The position numbers were made by a program, and so were the translations under genes. This document shows, piece by piece, positions 37,801 through 48,530 of a stretch of DNA of 50,629 nucleotides. The stretch lies in assembly GCF_001194135.2 (NCBI RefSeq), contig NC_068985.1:25159548-25210176 (forward strand), given 5' to 3'. The notes beneath the pieces were generated by a model, which did not search any database, had not been told where the DNA came from, and saw only the letters and a program-made list of their open reading frames with translations. Origin of the DNA: Octopus bimaculoides (lineage: Eukaryota). How positions within the stretch are numbered: position 1 is the first letter of the stretch; every line of letters begins with the position of its first letter.

Positions 37801-38565
37801 AAGGCCAAGTACTTCAACAACTGGATAATCTGGGAGAATTGCAAGGAAAATGATTTTTAATTACATCAATAATTGTGCAGTCCAATTAATATAAGCTTGT
37901 ATTGACAAGATTAATCCAAATAGCAGTCCATGTTTCTAAACCATAAAAGAAAGTAATCAACAGGAGTGACTGTGTGGTAAGTAGCTTGCTTACCAACCAC
38001 TTGATTCCGGGTTCAATCCCACTGTGTGGCATCTTGGGCAAGTGTCCTCTACTATAGTCTCGAGCTGACCAAAGCCTTGTGAATGGATTTGGTAGACGGA
38101 AACTGAAAGAAGTCCGTCATATATTTGTATATAAATAAATATATATATATGAGTGTGTATGTTTGTGTGTCTGGGTGGTGTGTTTACGTCCCCGTAACTT
38201 AGCGGTTCGGCAAATGAGACCGATAGAATAAGTACTAGGCTTACAAAGAATAAGTCCTGGGGGTCGATTTGCTTGACTAAAGGCAGTGCTCCAGCATGGC
38301 CAGTCAAATGATTGAAACAAGTAAAAGAGAGGGTAAAAGTAATCAACCCTTCAGCATTTAGATTTCTGTCAAATTCATCATATTGTAGCTTTTAGATTTC
38401 AACCATGTGATAGTTTACTTTTAGAATAACACAGCAGGGTAGGTGTGAGAGTCCTCATCTAGTTAGATTGAGCATAAAACAGGAAGAATATTTTGGCTGG
38501 TTTGGATGCTGAAACATTAAGCCTTTGTGATATTCTTTTTGTAGGTTTCTAACAAATACCAAAAC

Positions 38566-38628
<63 letters not shown>

Positions 38629-41600
38629 CTGAAGCCCTTACCTCATCTTTTTTTACGACAGGTTTCTTTTTATTTGACTTGGGTGGTGTCTTTGTAGTCA
38701 CACTTTTGGACTTTGGCTGAAATTCAAAACATCCAAATTTCATTTATTTAATAACATTGACATATTTTAACATCCAGCAGCATAAAGAAAATAACAAACA
38801 CACACACACTAATACATAATATCTTGAAACGAGTATTTAAAAATTTTCTCTAATCAATCTTTATCTTATACAAAGATTTTTGATGCAAATCTAAATGAAA
38901 GAACAGATATTTCAACTAATAATAAATGATAACCTACAGCCAGGCAATCAGATTACTGATAACATAAAGACTGAGGAAACTTGCCATAAGTAGCACATAC
39001 AATAAGGTTCTGAAAATGGAGTCTTCCCAAAACAATACACAAGACATGCTACTATACTGGTGTAGCTTTTGTTCAATATGAAGGGTGGGAGAAAACAAAC
39101 CAAATGGCAAATCACCATGCTTATATCCTATTCTTCAGCTTTGTTATGGTGTAGTAACAAACAAATATATTCTAGAGCTGTCCTATGTGCAGAGATAACA
39201 ACAAATGCTATTTCATGTAATAAATTTATCCAAGAGCCACATTCTGCTTTCTAAATAATTTTAGAATTATTTGAAATATTACATTGTGTATTTTCCCAAC
39301 AGCGAGACTATGGTTTCAGAAACTAGACATGCTGTATGGTAAAACACAGGTTTGCATTGCAACTACCTCGGCCCAACTAATGCCTTGTGGAGCAATTTCG
39401 TAAATGTAAATTGCAGAAGCCCTGTATATTAACAGTTGGGCAGAAAGAGACTAACAAAATATGTGTCAAATTTAAAATGAATACCAGGGTCAATTCAATT
39501 GACTAAATCTTGAGGTGATGCCCCAGCACAGTTGCATTCCAATGATTGAGAAAATAAGAATGTACTTACTTGCAAGCAATTTCAACATCCTCTTGGTAGT
39601 GTCTGCACCAAAAGTTCTTAAATCATGACTTTCTAATAGATCTTGCACTAACCCTTTTCATGCCATATTTCTGTTGAGATGCTCCTTGTTTAAATTGAGA
39701 CTAAGGTTTGGTGGAAGAATTTAATTTTGTACTACAGAGCCAAAGGCCTGCCGAGATAAATCTAAGCACGTTTTTAATGTACAACCAATTTTGAATACAA
39801 ATGCACAGGAGAGAAGTTTCTTTCCAGACAAGGTTACAAGTCCAGTCCCACTGTTTAGCACCTTGGTTAAGTGTCTACTGTAGCCCTGAACCAACCAAAA
39901 CCCATTTATGTATGCATTATACATGTATGTGTGCTATTTATTAATAAATTACTTGAAAATTCTATCTTATAGAAAACACTACTAATATAATAATAGTATA
40001 TTAGTAAAAAAAAAAAAAAAAAAAAAAAAAAAGGTATTCTTTCGATATGACTTGACAAAATCAAAACATTTCAATTCGGCTGTTGTCAACTGTTAGTTGA
40101 CAAAATGGGAGGAGGAAAAGAAAGCTAATGGGTTGTACGTGCATGTTCTTGTCCGTGTCTGTTCTGTTTTTATGTATGTGTTGTGGAATATAGATATAAC
40201 GAAATTATTTTACATGCACTTATGGTATGAACACATGGTACATACACAAGCAGGTAAGAAACCTCAAGTTTAAAATGAGATATTGCTGGCATAATCTTAT
40301 ATCTATATTCGACAACACAAATACATAAAAACAGAACAGACACGGACCAGAACAAGCATGCACGTACAACGAATTAGCTTTCTTTTCCTCCTCCCATTTC
40401 GTCAACTGACAACAGCCAAATTGAAGTGGTTTGATTTTGTCATCAAAAGAATACCAAAGAAAAAAAAATTGAAAACATAAACTTACTGTTGCAGCTGATT
40501 TAAGACCATTTTGTTTTTTAGCAGATGGGACTTTCTTAGCAGGCAGATTTGGTCTTGGCGTATCAACTTGTGCCTTTACAGCACTCTGCAAAGAAAAAAA
40601 GAAACAGACAAATAAACTCATTTCATAGATTTAACATAACTTTCACAGCAGCAATGTGGTTAAAAATATAAACTCACAATAAGGACATGTGAATCAAGTA
40701 GTTATAAGCAAAAACTGCCAAGCTTACAAACTGAATTAAATCCCAGTTTCAAAAAGTTATAATTGTGAACAACACTGGTGATATGATAAGCTCGATTGCT
40801 TATGCTCCAAAGCATGAAGCCAAAATGAAAATGTTTGAGTTCTGTCTGATGCAGCATTAACTCAGGTTATTGTACCAACCCATCAGAAAGCTATCAGTTA
40901 TGAGGGCTATTAAAATCGACAAAATTTTTACTATTCATCATCATCATAGTTTAACGTCTGTTTTCCATGCTAGCATGGGTTGGACGATTTGACTGAGGAC
41001 TGGCGGACTAGATGGCTACACCAGGCTCCAATCTGATTTGGCAGAGTTTTTACAGCTAGATGCCCTTCCTAACACCAACCACCGCAAGTGGGTGCTTTTA
41101 CGTGCCACCGACACGAAGGCCAGTCAGGAGGTACTGGCAACGGCCACGCTCGAAATGGTGTATTTTTACGTGCCACCTGCACAGGAGCCAGTCTAGTGGT
41201 ACTGGCAACGAAGTTGGAATATCATCAAATACATCTAATAACTATGAATTCCATTTTGACTCTTAACTGCATCCAACCCTCTCATTCTTTTAACACACCC
41301 TCTAATTTCTTGCACACACATTTCTCCATCATTTACTTTCTGTCGATCTCTTTGTGTAACAAAATTGTGTGAGATCTGTCCATACCCAATATTTCCACCA
41401 CTCTTCTGTACTACTAACCTCTTTGGGGGATGGGAGTTTCTAAATCAGAACCAACTCAAACCATGACTATAGTAAAACAAAGGTCCTTGAGAAAACCTCT
41501 CAACTCTGGGGTTTTATAACAGGTGTGGTGTGAACTGATGATACTGATACAATGCACACACACACACACACCACAAATGTCATTTTAATCCATTATTACA

Positions 41601-44069
41601 ATAGTTGCACAAAATTCGTGTTATCTTATATATCTTTGATAAGGTTTCATCTTCCACTATTTTTCACATATGACTGGTACCTTAAATAGCACCCACCACA
41701 CACTAAGTACTAGTAATCAATTTGAGCAGTGACAGCAGGCTCTCTCATCTTGCAAAGCAACTACTGTAGCACTGTTGTCACACACAAAGAATTTAGAAAA
41801 GAAAAAAAAAAAAAACATAATTAGTCAAATAGATGTTAAAACTGCTTACCCCTTTCTTTTTTGCTGATTTAGGCGTTTTGTTTTTTGGAGTATTGGCTAC
41901 CTAATAAAAGAAATAACTTCTGTTAAATATCTTCAATTGAAATCTCAAAATGAACAAGATAAAAAAGAAAAAATGTGAAGACAGTTTTTAAATGTATTGA
42001 TTTTTGTTTTTCTCCAGACATTTTAATATTTTTGCAATAGATGCGAATAAGTGGCACAGTGATAATTTCAGCATGCTGCCAAGATAGCATAGCATGTTTT
42101 CTCACTCTCACTTGCTAATGTGTTAATTAGTGCCAATGCTCCTAATGGAAAAATAGGAAAGCAATTTATTTGGAAATAGTCCAGTGTCATCGTTGTAACG
42201 TCCACTTTTCCATGCTTGCATAGGTTGGACAAGTTTATTGGGGTTAGATTTTCTATGGCTAAATGGCCTTCCAGTTGACAACTAGCTGTTTCCAAGTAAG
42301 GTAATATTTCCTCATGGCCAGGCAAGTCTTTGTAGGCTACTGAAAATGAATGACATTTATTTAAAATCTCACAATGTCAAGACAAAGAGACTCAACACAC
42401 ATACAGTGGGCCTCTCTTAGTTTCCACCAACCAAATTCACTCTCAAGGCTTTGGTCACGCCAAAGCTATAAATAGAAGACGCCTCTCCGTAGAAAAGTAC
42501 CTCCCAGTTGAGTCCTACCATCCTATAAAATAATATATCTGATACACTATAACATCTCCAGTCATTATGTTAAAAAAAAAAAAAAAGCCTAGATAACTGA
42601 AAAACTATATCAGTTACATGGATGGCGGGTAGCTACAACGACCAATAATATAACAGCAATACTTGAGACAATATTCATTCATAATCACGATATACTATGT
42701 CGTTAATAGATTAATATGAATACACTTGTTTCTAGATGCTTTTCAGACAGTTAAAATGTACAGAATACATTACTTCATCTTTAATTTTCAAAATTGCTTA
42801 TTTAGAAATTTCCATCAGAGTGAAAGTAATATAATGAATAGATCCCTTAATAAATTGTGGGGTAAGATTGGATTCAATTGTCTTTGATCTCAGGTTTGCT
42901 ATTTTATGACAGTCCCTTTCTATCACTAAAGAAAGTGATTACATAGATGCATTCCTGTTGGGTTTTGATTTTAGTAAACGTTTTTGTTAACAATGTAATT
43001 GTCGTCTTCTGTTATACTGTTTAGTCCCTACACACTTGAATGTGATCATTTTGAAGAAAATCGATGGGACCAACATTATAACAGCAATACTTGAGACAAT
43101 ATTCATTTATAATCACGATATACTATGACTAATGAGCAGAAGACAACCTTCAGTTAATGTTAATGAAGTTGTGCTAAATATAATCTGGTTTACACTTTTG
43201 AAGAGTAAAAGATCTTCACCCGTTAACAAAAACCATGTCGTTAATAGCTTAATACGAATACACTTGCTTCAAGATGTTTTTCAAAAGAATACATTACTTC
43301 ATCTTTAATTTTCGAAATTGCTTATTTAGAAATTTCCATCAGTATTTTGTATATTAAAATAATATATAGTTACATAAATTGGTCGAAACGTCACGTTTGT
43401 GGAATTTACGCCGTTGTTTGCAAGCCACACTCGTTCCTAGCTAACAATTAAGTCTATTTCATTTACATAAAGCCTAAGATACTCTGAGTAAATGAAAAAA
43501 ATTTTTTTATCGTTGCCACATCGAAAAATCATATTCCCCGTTCTAATTTAATCTAAAATTTTGGAAGTCTGGTTGAGTCTCGTCCAGTTATGGCCCAGAC
43601 AAAAAAAAAAAAAAAAAAAAAAAAAAGACTAACAAATTGACCCCGATATGTCGCTATAAAAAAGAAACTTCAACAGCCGCTAAATTTAATACTAGAGAAA
43701 ATAGTTACTATTTAATACCTAAAATTAAAAAGATTTTATTTTAAGGTATAAGAATTTAAATGAACAAAACTTTATGTAAGATCTCACAAAAAAAAAAAAA
43801 ATCCAATGTCAATCAATATGTAACGTGTTCCCTCGTGTACATGAAGTCCACGTGTTCACTGAAAACTCGTAGAAGTAAACTTGCGTATGGATTTCGTTCG
43901 TTTAACCGCAAAATCCGACCCACTAGGATAACATTTATCCAATATAAAATTAGTTTTCTCCACATTAGGTCAGCCTTCAATACAAATTAGTTTTCCCACA
44001 TTAGGTCAGCCTTCAATATAAATTAGTTTTCTCCACATTAGGTCAGCCTTCTTTCGTCTGAGACTTACC
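31722..44069 (-). CDS. NCL: Nucleolin-like RNA-binding protein; multi-exon gene with 2 RRMs
   Basis: Ten phase-consistent coding exons from 41900 down to 31722 give 489 aa: K/P-rich N-terminus, D/E tract, TPAK/TPK repeats, RRM (RTLFVKQLP...YAFVEFKDE), RRM (KLYITGFP...GYAFAKFE), PDAKKRKL and a D/E tail. The layout resembles nucleolin. The start codon is unresolved and the symbol means resemblance only. Confidence 0.8.
32888..33042 (-). CDS. Nucleolin-like exon, RRM2 C-half (YAFAKFEIPD...LDEPK)
   Basis: ctttag|...|gtacag, 155 nt, phase 2-1. Confidence 0.9.
34259..34388 (-). CDS. Nucleolin-like exon, RRM2 N-half (KLDPKKLYITGFP...VPLG)
   Basis: ttctag|...|gtaagt, 130 nt, phase 1-2. Confidence 0.9.
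35084..35226 (-). CDS. Nucleolin-like exon, RRM1 C-half (YAFVEFKDE...PKGNI)
   Basis: ttctag|...|gtaagt, 143 nt, phase 2-1; contains the RNP1-like YAFVEF. Confidence 0.9.
35346..35478 (-). CDS. Nucleolin-like exon, RRM1 N-half (FFNERNKRTLFVKQLP...RDSS)
   Basis: atttcag|...|gtaagt, 133 nt, phase 1-2; contains the RNP2-like LFVKQL. Confidence 0.9.
36957..37343 (-). CDS. Nucleolin-like exon, K/A/T/P-rich TPAK-repeat region
   Basis: aactag|...|gtaagt, 387 nt, phase 1-1; 4x TPAK and 5x TPK. Confidence 0.85.
37438..37594 (-). CDS. Nucleolin-like exon, acidic tract
   Basis: ctacag|...|gtacat, 157 nt, phase 0-1; EDDDDEEEEDEEMDVDHIKELVMASDDDD... Confidence 0.85.
37961..38335 (+). mobile_element. Full-length tRNA-derived SINE with 11-bp TSD
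   Basis: aaagtaatcaa at 37950-37960 and 38336-38346; inserted at the left end of a MITE (about 38344-38520). Confidence 0.85.
38642..38716 (-). CDS. Nucleolin-like exon (PKSKSVTTKTPPKSNKKKPVVKKDE)
   Basis: atttcag|...|gtaagg, 75 nt, phase 0-0. Confidence 0.85.
40033..40455. mobile_element. Long-TIR foldback/MITE element in a nucleolin-like intron
   Basis: Arms about 40033-40198 and 40297-40455 are imperfect inverted copies; termini GGTAT/ATACC, flanked by A-rich 9-mers. Confidence 0.8.
40487..40585 (-). CDS. Nucleolin-like exon (SAVKAQVDTPRP...LKSAAT)
   Basis: ctttgcag|...|gtaagt, 99 nt, phase 0-0. Confidence 0.85.
41850..41900 (-). CDS. Nucleolin-like exon (VANTPKNKTPKSAKKKG)
   Basis: tttattag|...|gtaagc, 51 nt, phase 0-0. 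Confidence 0.85.
42501..42522 (-). CDS. Candidate start-codon micro-exon (G-ATG: MVGLNWE)
   Basis: ttttatag|GATGGTAGGACTCAACTGGGAG|gtactt; the only in-phase ATG exon I found between 41900 and 44069. Confidence 0.4.
43941..44050. repeat. About 36-37-bp tandem repeat, 3 copies (tagttttctccacattaggtcagccttcaata...)
   Basis: Direct reading; lies just inside intron 1 of the nucleolin-like gene. Confidence 0.85.
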
Positions 44070-44130
44070 TAGATCACCGATTTCACCAACACGGAGTACT
44101 CATTCTACGTGTAAGCCTTGTATTAAGCAT
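44069..44130 (-). other. Probable non-coding first exon (5'UTR) of the nucleolin-like gene
   Basis: Consensus donor CTAG|GTAAGT at 44069/44068; contains a short ORF MSTPCW* (44103-44083). The 5' boundary is a guess. Confidence 0.55.
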
Positions 44131-45504
44131 TGGTGCACATTGCACATTCCAATGTGCACCTAAACATTTCCTGATCATGAAGTCAGCTACGGAATTTTCA
44201 AGAACGACAAACGTGTAAAATTGATCGGCGGTTTGGTTCTAGGTTTTAATATCTTTTTAAATAAACGGCTGCCATATTAACGGAAGAGATGTGTTAATAA
44301 TAATAGCTTTATGAGTGCAACTACCAACATAAATGTTAGTAGTTACATTCATGGGGAAACAGAACGGTCACCCTAACCAGATTTACAATTAAAACTTCAA
44401 CAAAAAAACGTATGGAAAATGTAATGCTAATTAATTACATGCTAAACAGAATATTTGATATTTAAAACAATAACGATCATTTATAAATAAATCAATTTAA
44501 TTTTTCACTTAGAGATCGACTGTTATTTAAAAAGGCTTGGTATAAGCTAACCTTAGATACAATGGCAAAATTCGCAAGCACGTGTTGCGTTCTCAAACAC
44601 ATTAGCAAAAGGATCGCATCATCACAATTTAATAGGTATATAAAAGAGTAATTCATCTTATTCTTTTTTTTTTTTTGATGACACAAAATCAAAATATATT
44701 CACTAATTTGAATACTAATTTTCACAAAAGCAAAATCCAGCTTGAGTTTGAGAAATTTAGTTCAATGAAGAAGCTGTGAACACTGAAGTACATGGAAGCA
44801 CGTGGATGAAATAACAGAAGAATATTAACAAAAATAACCCTGGAAATTTAAAGATTTTTCCAAGGAAAAGTATTGTAGGATTGTAAGGAATAATATGTAC
44901 AAACTTACTTTGCTAGTATTCATGTTTCTCCTTCTTTCTCTCTAAAAATACACGATTAGCAGACAGATGCTTCAATGTCAGGAAAGGAGTAATGTCTGAC
45001 TGTTAGACAGCAAAAGGATGGAAAGACTTCTTTTCTTTTTTTAACTAATCAAATGTAAGAACGTCACAGATAGCAACAACAGCGCCACAAACGATAAGTG
45101 TTCCGAAGCTATAAAAGTCAAGGGAAATAATTCAAAAAATTTTTAGTTTTCTGGTTTTCATAAATTTGAAATAAAACACGTCAATTTCTTAAATCTATAG
45201 TAATGTCTATTCTCTCTCATCGAAACTATTGACTTGAATTATTAATTATTCAAATTAATGCCTTTCTCTCTAAACATATGTCCCGTAAGAACATAAATGT
45301 TCATTTTGTTAAAATAATAAAATCAACCAATCTAGTTTCTTATTTTTAGCGGACGATTTTTTTAAAAGTAATATTTGCCATAAGAGTAAGGCAATATGTG
45401 ATTTTTTTAGTAATATTTATCATAGTATTTCTATTTGTGACAATTGCGATTTTTTTCTCTTTATTCTTAGTCTTTCTTTTTAATGCTTTTATTCTTTACA
45501 AGGC

Positions 45505-45680
45505 ATTCCTGACCCACTCGTCTCGCCTCTCATTACTCTAGTGTTCAACACCTGCACTAATCATTATGCTCACCCCTTTCTTCCCCGAACGTTGGCCCTC
45601 TGGCATTCCCTTCCGGGACATATCTTCCACGCTTGTGTTGGTTTACAAGGGTTCAAGAAAATTTTAATCGTATCAATTTC
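45505..45680 (+). mobile_element. Ancient LINE ORF2 3'-end remnant (CR1/L2/Jockey-type motif)
   Basis: Reads TNHYAHPFLPRTLALWHSLPGHIFHACVGLQGFKK, resembling the conserved SFFPRT..LWNSLP...FK C-terminal motif. Confidence 0.65.
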
Positions 45681-46490
45681 TTGGTAGGGGAGCACATGAA
45701 TGCTATAGACGCTGCTCCTTCCTCCAAACACAGCAATAAAAGCGTTGGAAAATGTCATTAAAATTGTAAGAACGTCTCCTAAAATGTACGTATAACTATT
45801 GCTGTCCGGGATAAAACTAGAAAATATATTGGAGAAGATTGGCATAGCCTGAATCCTTGAAAATCTGAGGAACGCATCAGATTAAGAGTAACCCATTACT
45901 CATAAACTGTACTCCTACTATCAAAGATGACAGCTAAATTCAAAGAGCTCAAAATACGGGTATGAAGTGATGATCAACTCTCACTGTAATTGACATTATG
46001 AGCTGGTAGATGAGAAAAAGGCTAACGTTGTAGAACGAGTATTTATTCTAATCAGTTCAAGATTATAGGCATCTTACTTTGATTTCTAAAAGCTAAATGA
46101 GCTATTTACAATACTTACTTAACCTGTTAACCTATTTGGTGGTTCTTCGTTTTAAGGTTAAGGTTATACGTAACTCGTAGGTTGTTTTTTCGAACCAACA
46201 CTCAAGAAATTATGTAAATCTGACTCGTAAGGTCTTATTCAACATTTCATTAATTCCAATTCAATCGTTTAAACAGTATTATAAATAAAGCAGTTTACTT
46301 ATTATTTTTTTTTTTTGAAGGCATGTGATAAAAGGCTTGTTTTCTAATTCTTTTTCTTCTAAGAGCAGTAGTCCAGCAACAAAATTTGCTTAGTGGGTGC
46401 AAACCCAGGTCCAAATTTTTAAATGAAAAATGTGAATTTTTTCAATGTTAACAGTAAAACAAATGCAGGTATAATAATAATTTTTATTAT

Positions 46491-46980
46491 TATGAGGGTT
46501 GGCTGAAATGTTCATTGGCTGAGAAAAACACTCTCATGGAATGTAACCAAATGAAGTTCATTTTTTAACATAGTTCTTCATACTGTCCATACACTACCAT
46601 AAGTAGTTGCAGTGCTTGGATCACACTGGTGAAGAAACTGTTCTGTTCATCAAAATGGTTTTCAACAGCAGATAAGACTTCATCATCACAGTGATACTGG
46701 TGCCCAGCTGAGTGTTTTTCTATGTTGGGAAACAGATGATAACCAGATGGAACCAAATCACTAACATAGGGAGGGTGATCAACGAATTCAAAGCCAGTCA
46801 CGTGCAGCAGCCATTGAAACCAAGCACTTGTGTGCTGAAGCATTGCCCTAATGAAACACGACACCATTCGTCAGTTTTTCTGGATGTTTGGTCTTGCTAG
46901 CCTTTCATAACTACCTAACAAGTTGGCATTGAACTTTCCATTGATGGTGTGATCATTTTGAAGATAGTCAATAAGCACAA
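46491..46980 (-). mobile_element. Mariner (Tc1/mariner) transposase 3' remnant with one TIR
   Basis: HPPYVSDLVPSGYHLFP (degenerate YSPDLAPSDY) and VLIDYLQNDHTING; TIR tatgagggttggctgaaatgttc at 46491. Confidence 0.85.
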
Positions 46981-47872
46981 TATTTTTCGCACTAATGTAT
47001 AGTACATGTAATAATGTGAAGTATATTTTGCATATTAAAATGTTGGTAGAGATGGACTATATGTAATCTGAACCTTTCCCTAATGAAGAGACGAGAATCC
47101 TGAAATTTTTGCGCAGATCCACCTTTGAAAATATATATTCAAGGAAATGAAGATGTCCTACCCAACAAATCGAATACTATATAGCATATCAACATACTTC
47201 CTTTTCTCTTCCTTTAAATTTTAGCCCTATTTATGCCAGCATTATTCCACCAGTTCTGCGGACTTTCCTTCTTTAGGAATTCACTCATATCAAATCTCCA
47301 AAAGAACATATATACAATATATCTACCATTTTAAAAAAGTTTTCAAAAATACCATCCAAGTTGTGTCCCTTAGTAATTCATTACATAATTTAACAAAACC
47401 TTGCAAATGAATATTTTCAAAAATAAATATGCAGATTCATATCTATATAAAATTAATCTCGCTGCATAATTAGGCTCATGAGACCCTTTTTTGACAGCTT
47501 AGGATGAGGAAGGAGGTAAGCAGTTCCCTTCTCTTTACGGGTTTTCAATATTCGCTTTCGTCTCCTGCTCATGATGCTTGAATACAGTAGTGAAATGTTA
47601 TTGAAATGAAAATAAAATTATTCCAAACACAACTCTGTTTCATAGTGGTATCAAATTCATCATTCGATAATAGTTGTTATATTATTATATTAATTAATAA
47701 AAGCAAAACGTAGTGTTCTTTTTTATAGATGCAGATGTAAGTTAGACTTACAAGCGCTAGTTTTTAATCTTGATTAAAAACACTAGTTTTTAATCTTGTT
47801 GTTAAAAAGTAAATACTTGATCAAACCACAATTTTGGGGGGACCAGATAAAATACAGTTTAACAATAGTATC

Positions 47873-48464
47873 GGATCTTTTTTAAAACGGGGGCCACATT
47901 TTTCATTAACGAAACACTTTGAAACTTGGAACACTGGTAGAATGTGTCATATAAAACATCTTTTTCTCTTAGTCTTCTTTAAAAAAAAAGAAATCCATAA
48001 ATTATTCCATGTTAAAGATATCGTATTTCTGTAATTTCAACCAATCACTGACGTCCATTCAGCCGATATACATTAAGTGCTGACTACATAAACAAACGAT
48101 TCTGAAACAATTAACCCTAACCCTAACCCTAACTCTAACCCTAACCCTAGGGTTAGGGTTAGGGTTAGGGTTAAAGCAAATTTAAAATGAAAAAAGCAAA
48201 TAAAACGAAGGTATGGAGATTAAATACGCTTTACATCGTTTAATGAGCCAAAGGAGTAAATGTAAACAACTGAATACTTGTCAGTGATTGGTTGAAATTA
48301 TCGAAATAAGACAATTTTTTACATGAAATAAATTCGGATACAAAAATATTTTTCTGTTCTATAACACAAAATAGATAAGTATACGAAGTTTGAAAGTCTT
48401 TCGGTACCAAAAACACTACGTAAAACATTAATGAAAAATGTGGCCCCCGTTTTAAAAAAGATCC
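47873..48464. mobile_element. Non-autonomous TIR element: perfect 37-bp TIRs, 8-bp TSD, telomere-repeat palindrome inside
   Basis: TIRs at 47873-47909 and 48428-48464; TSD ATAGTATC at 47865-47872 and 48465-48472. Confidence 0.9.
48111..48174. repeat. Interstitial telomere-type repeat palindrome (CCCTAA)n-(TTAGGG)n
   Basis: ttaa-(ccctaa)5-ccctaggg-(ttaggg)3-ttaa, with one ctctaa variant. Confidence 0.95.
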
Positions 48465-48530
48465 ATAGTATCTACTTTTATGGTGAGACTAAAAACGTAT
48501 GTTCATTAAAAACACCCGTATGCCCACCCC

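Noticed and set aside
39570-39670. Possible poison exon (AG...GTAAGT, 101 nt, with stop) in the nucleolin-like gene
   Set aside because: The acceptor side lies in a MITE fragment also seen at about 35975-36117 and the pyrimidine tract is weak; there is no support without RNA data
31862-44068. Intronic snoRNAs (vertebrate nucleolin hosts U20, U23 and U82)
   Set aside because: A manual scan for box C/D pairs with rRNA-complementary guides found only short or microsatellite-derived matches; an Infernal/snoscan run is needed to decide
45570-45876. Minus-strand 91-aa ORF with a TM-like stretch and plausible splice sites
   Set aside because: It overlaps a plus-strand LINE C-terminal remnant and no partner exons were found; probably an antisense shadow
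47499-47520. Isolated plus-strand micro-exon (gacag|cttaggatgaggaaggag|gtaagc)
   Set aside because: No other exons or ORF context; such site pairs arise by chance
48111-48174. Ancestral telomere-telomere fusion scar
   Set aside because: A fusion gives (TTAGGG)n then (CCCTAA)n; here the order is reversed and the tract sits inside a TIR element with a TSD
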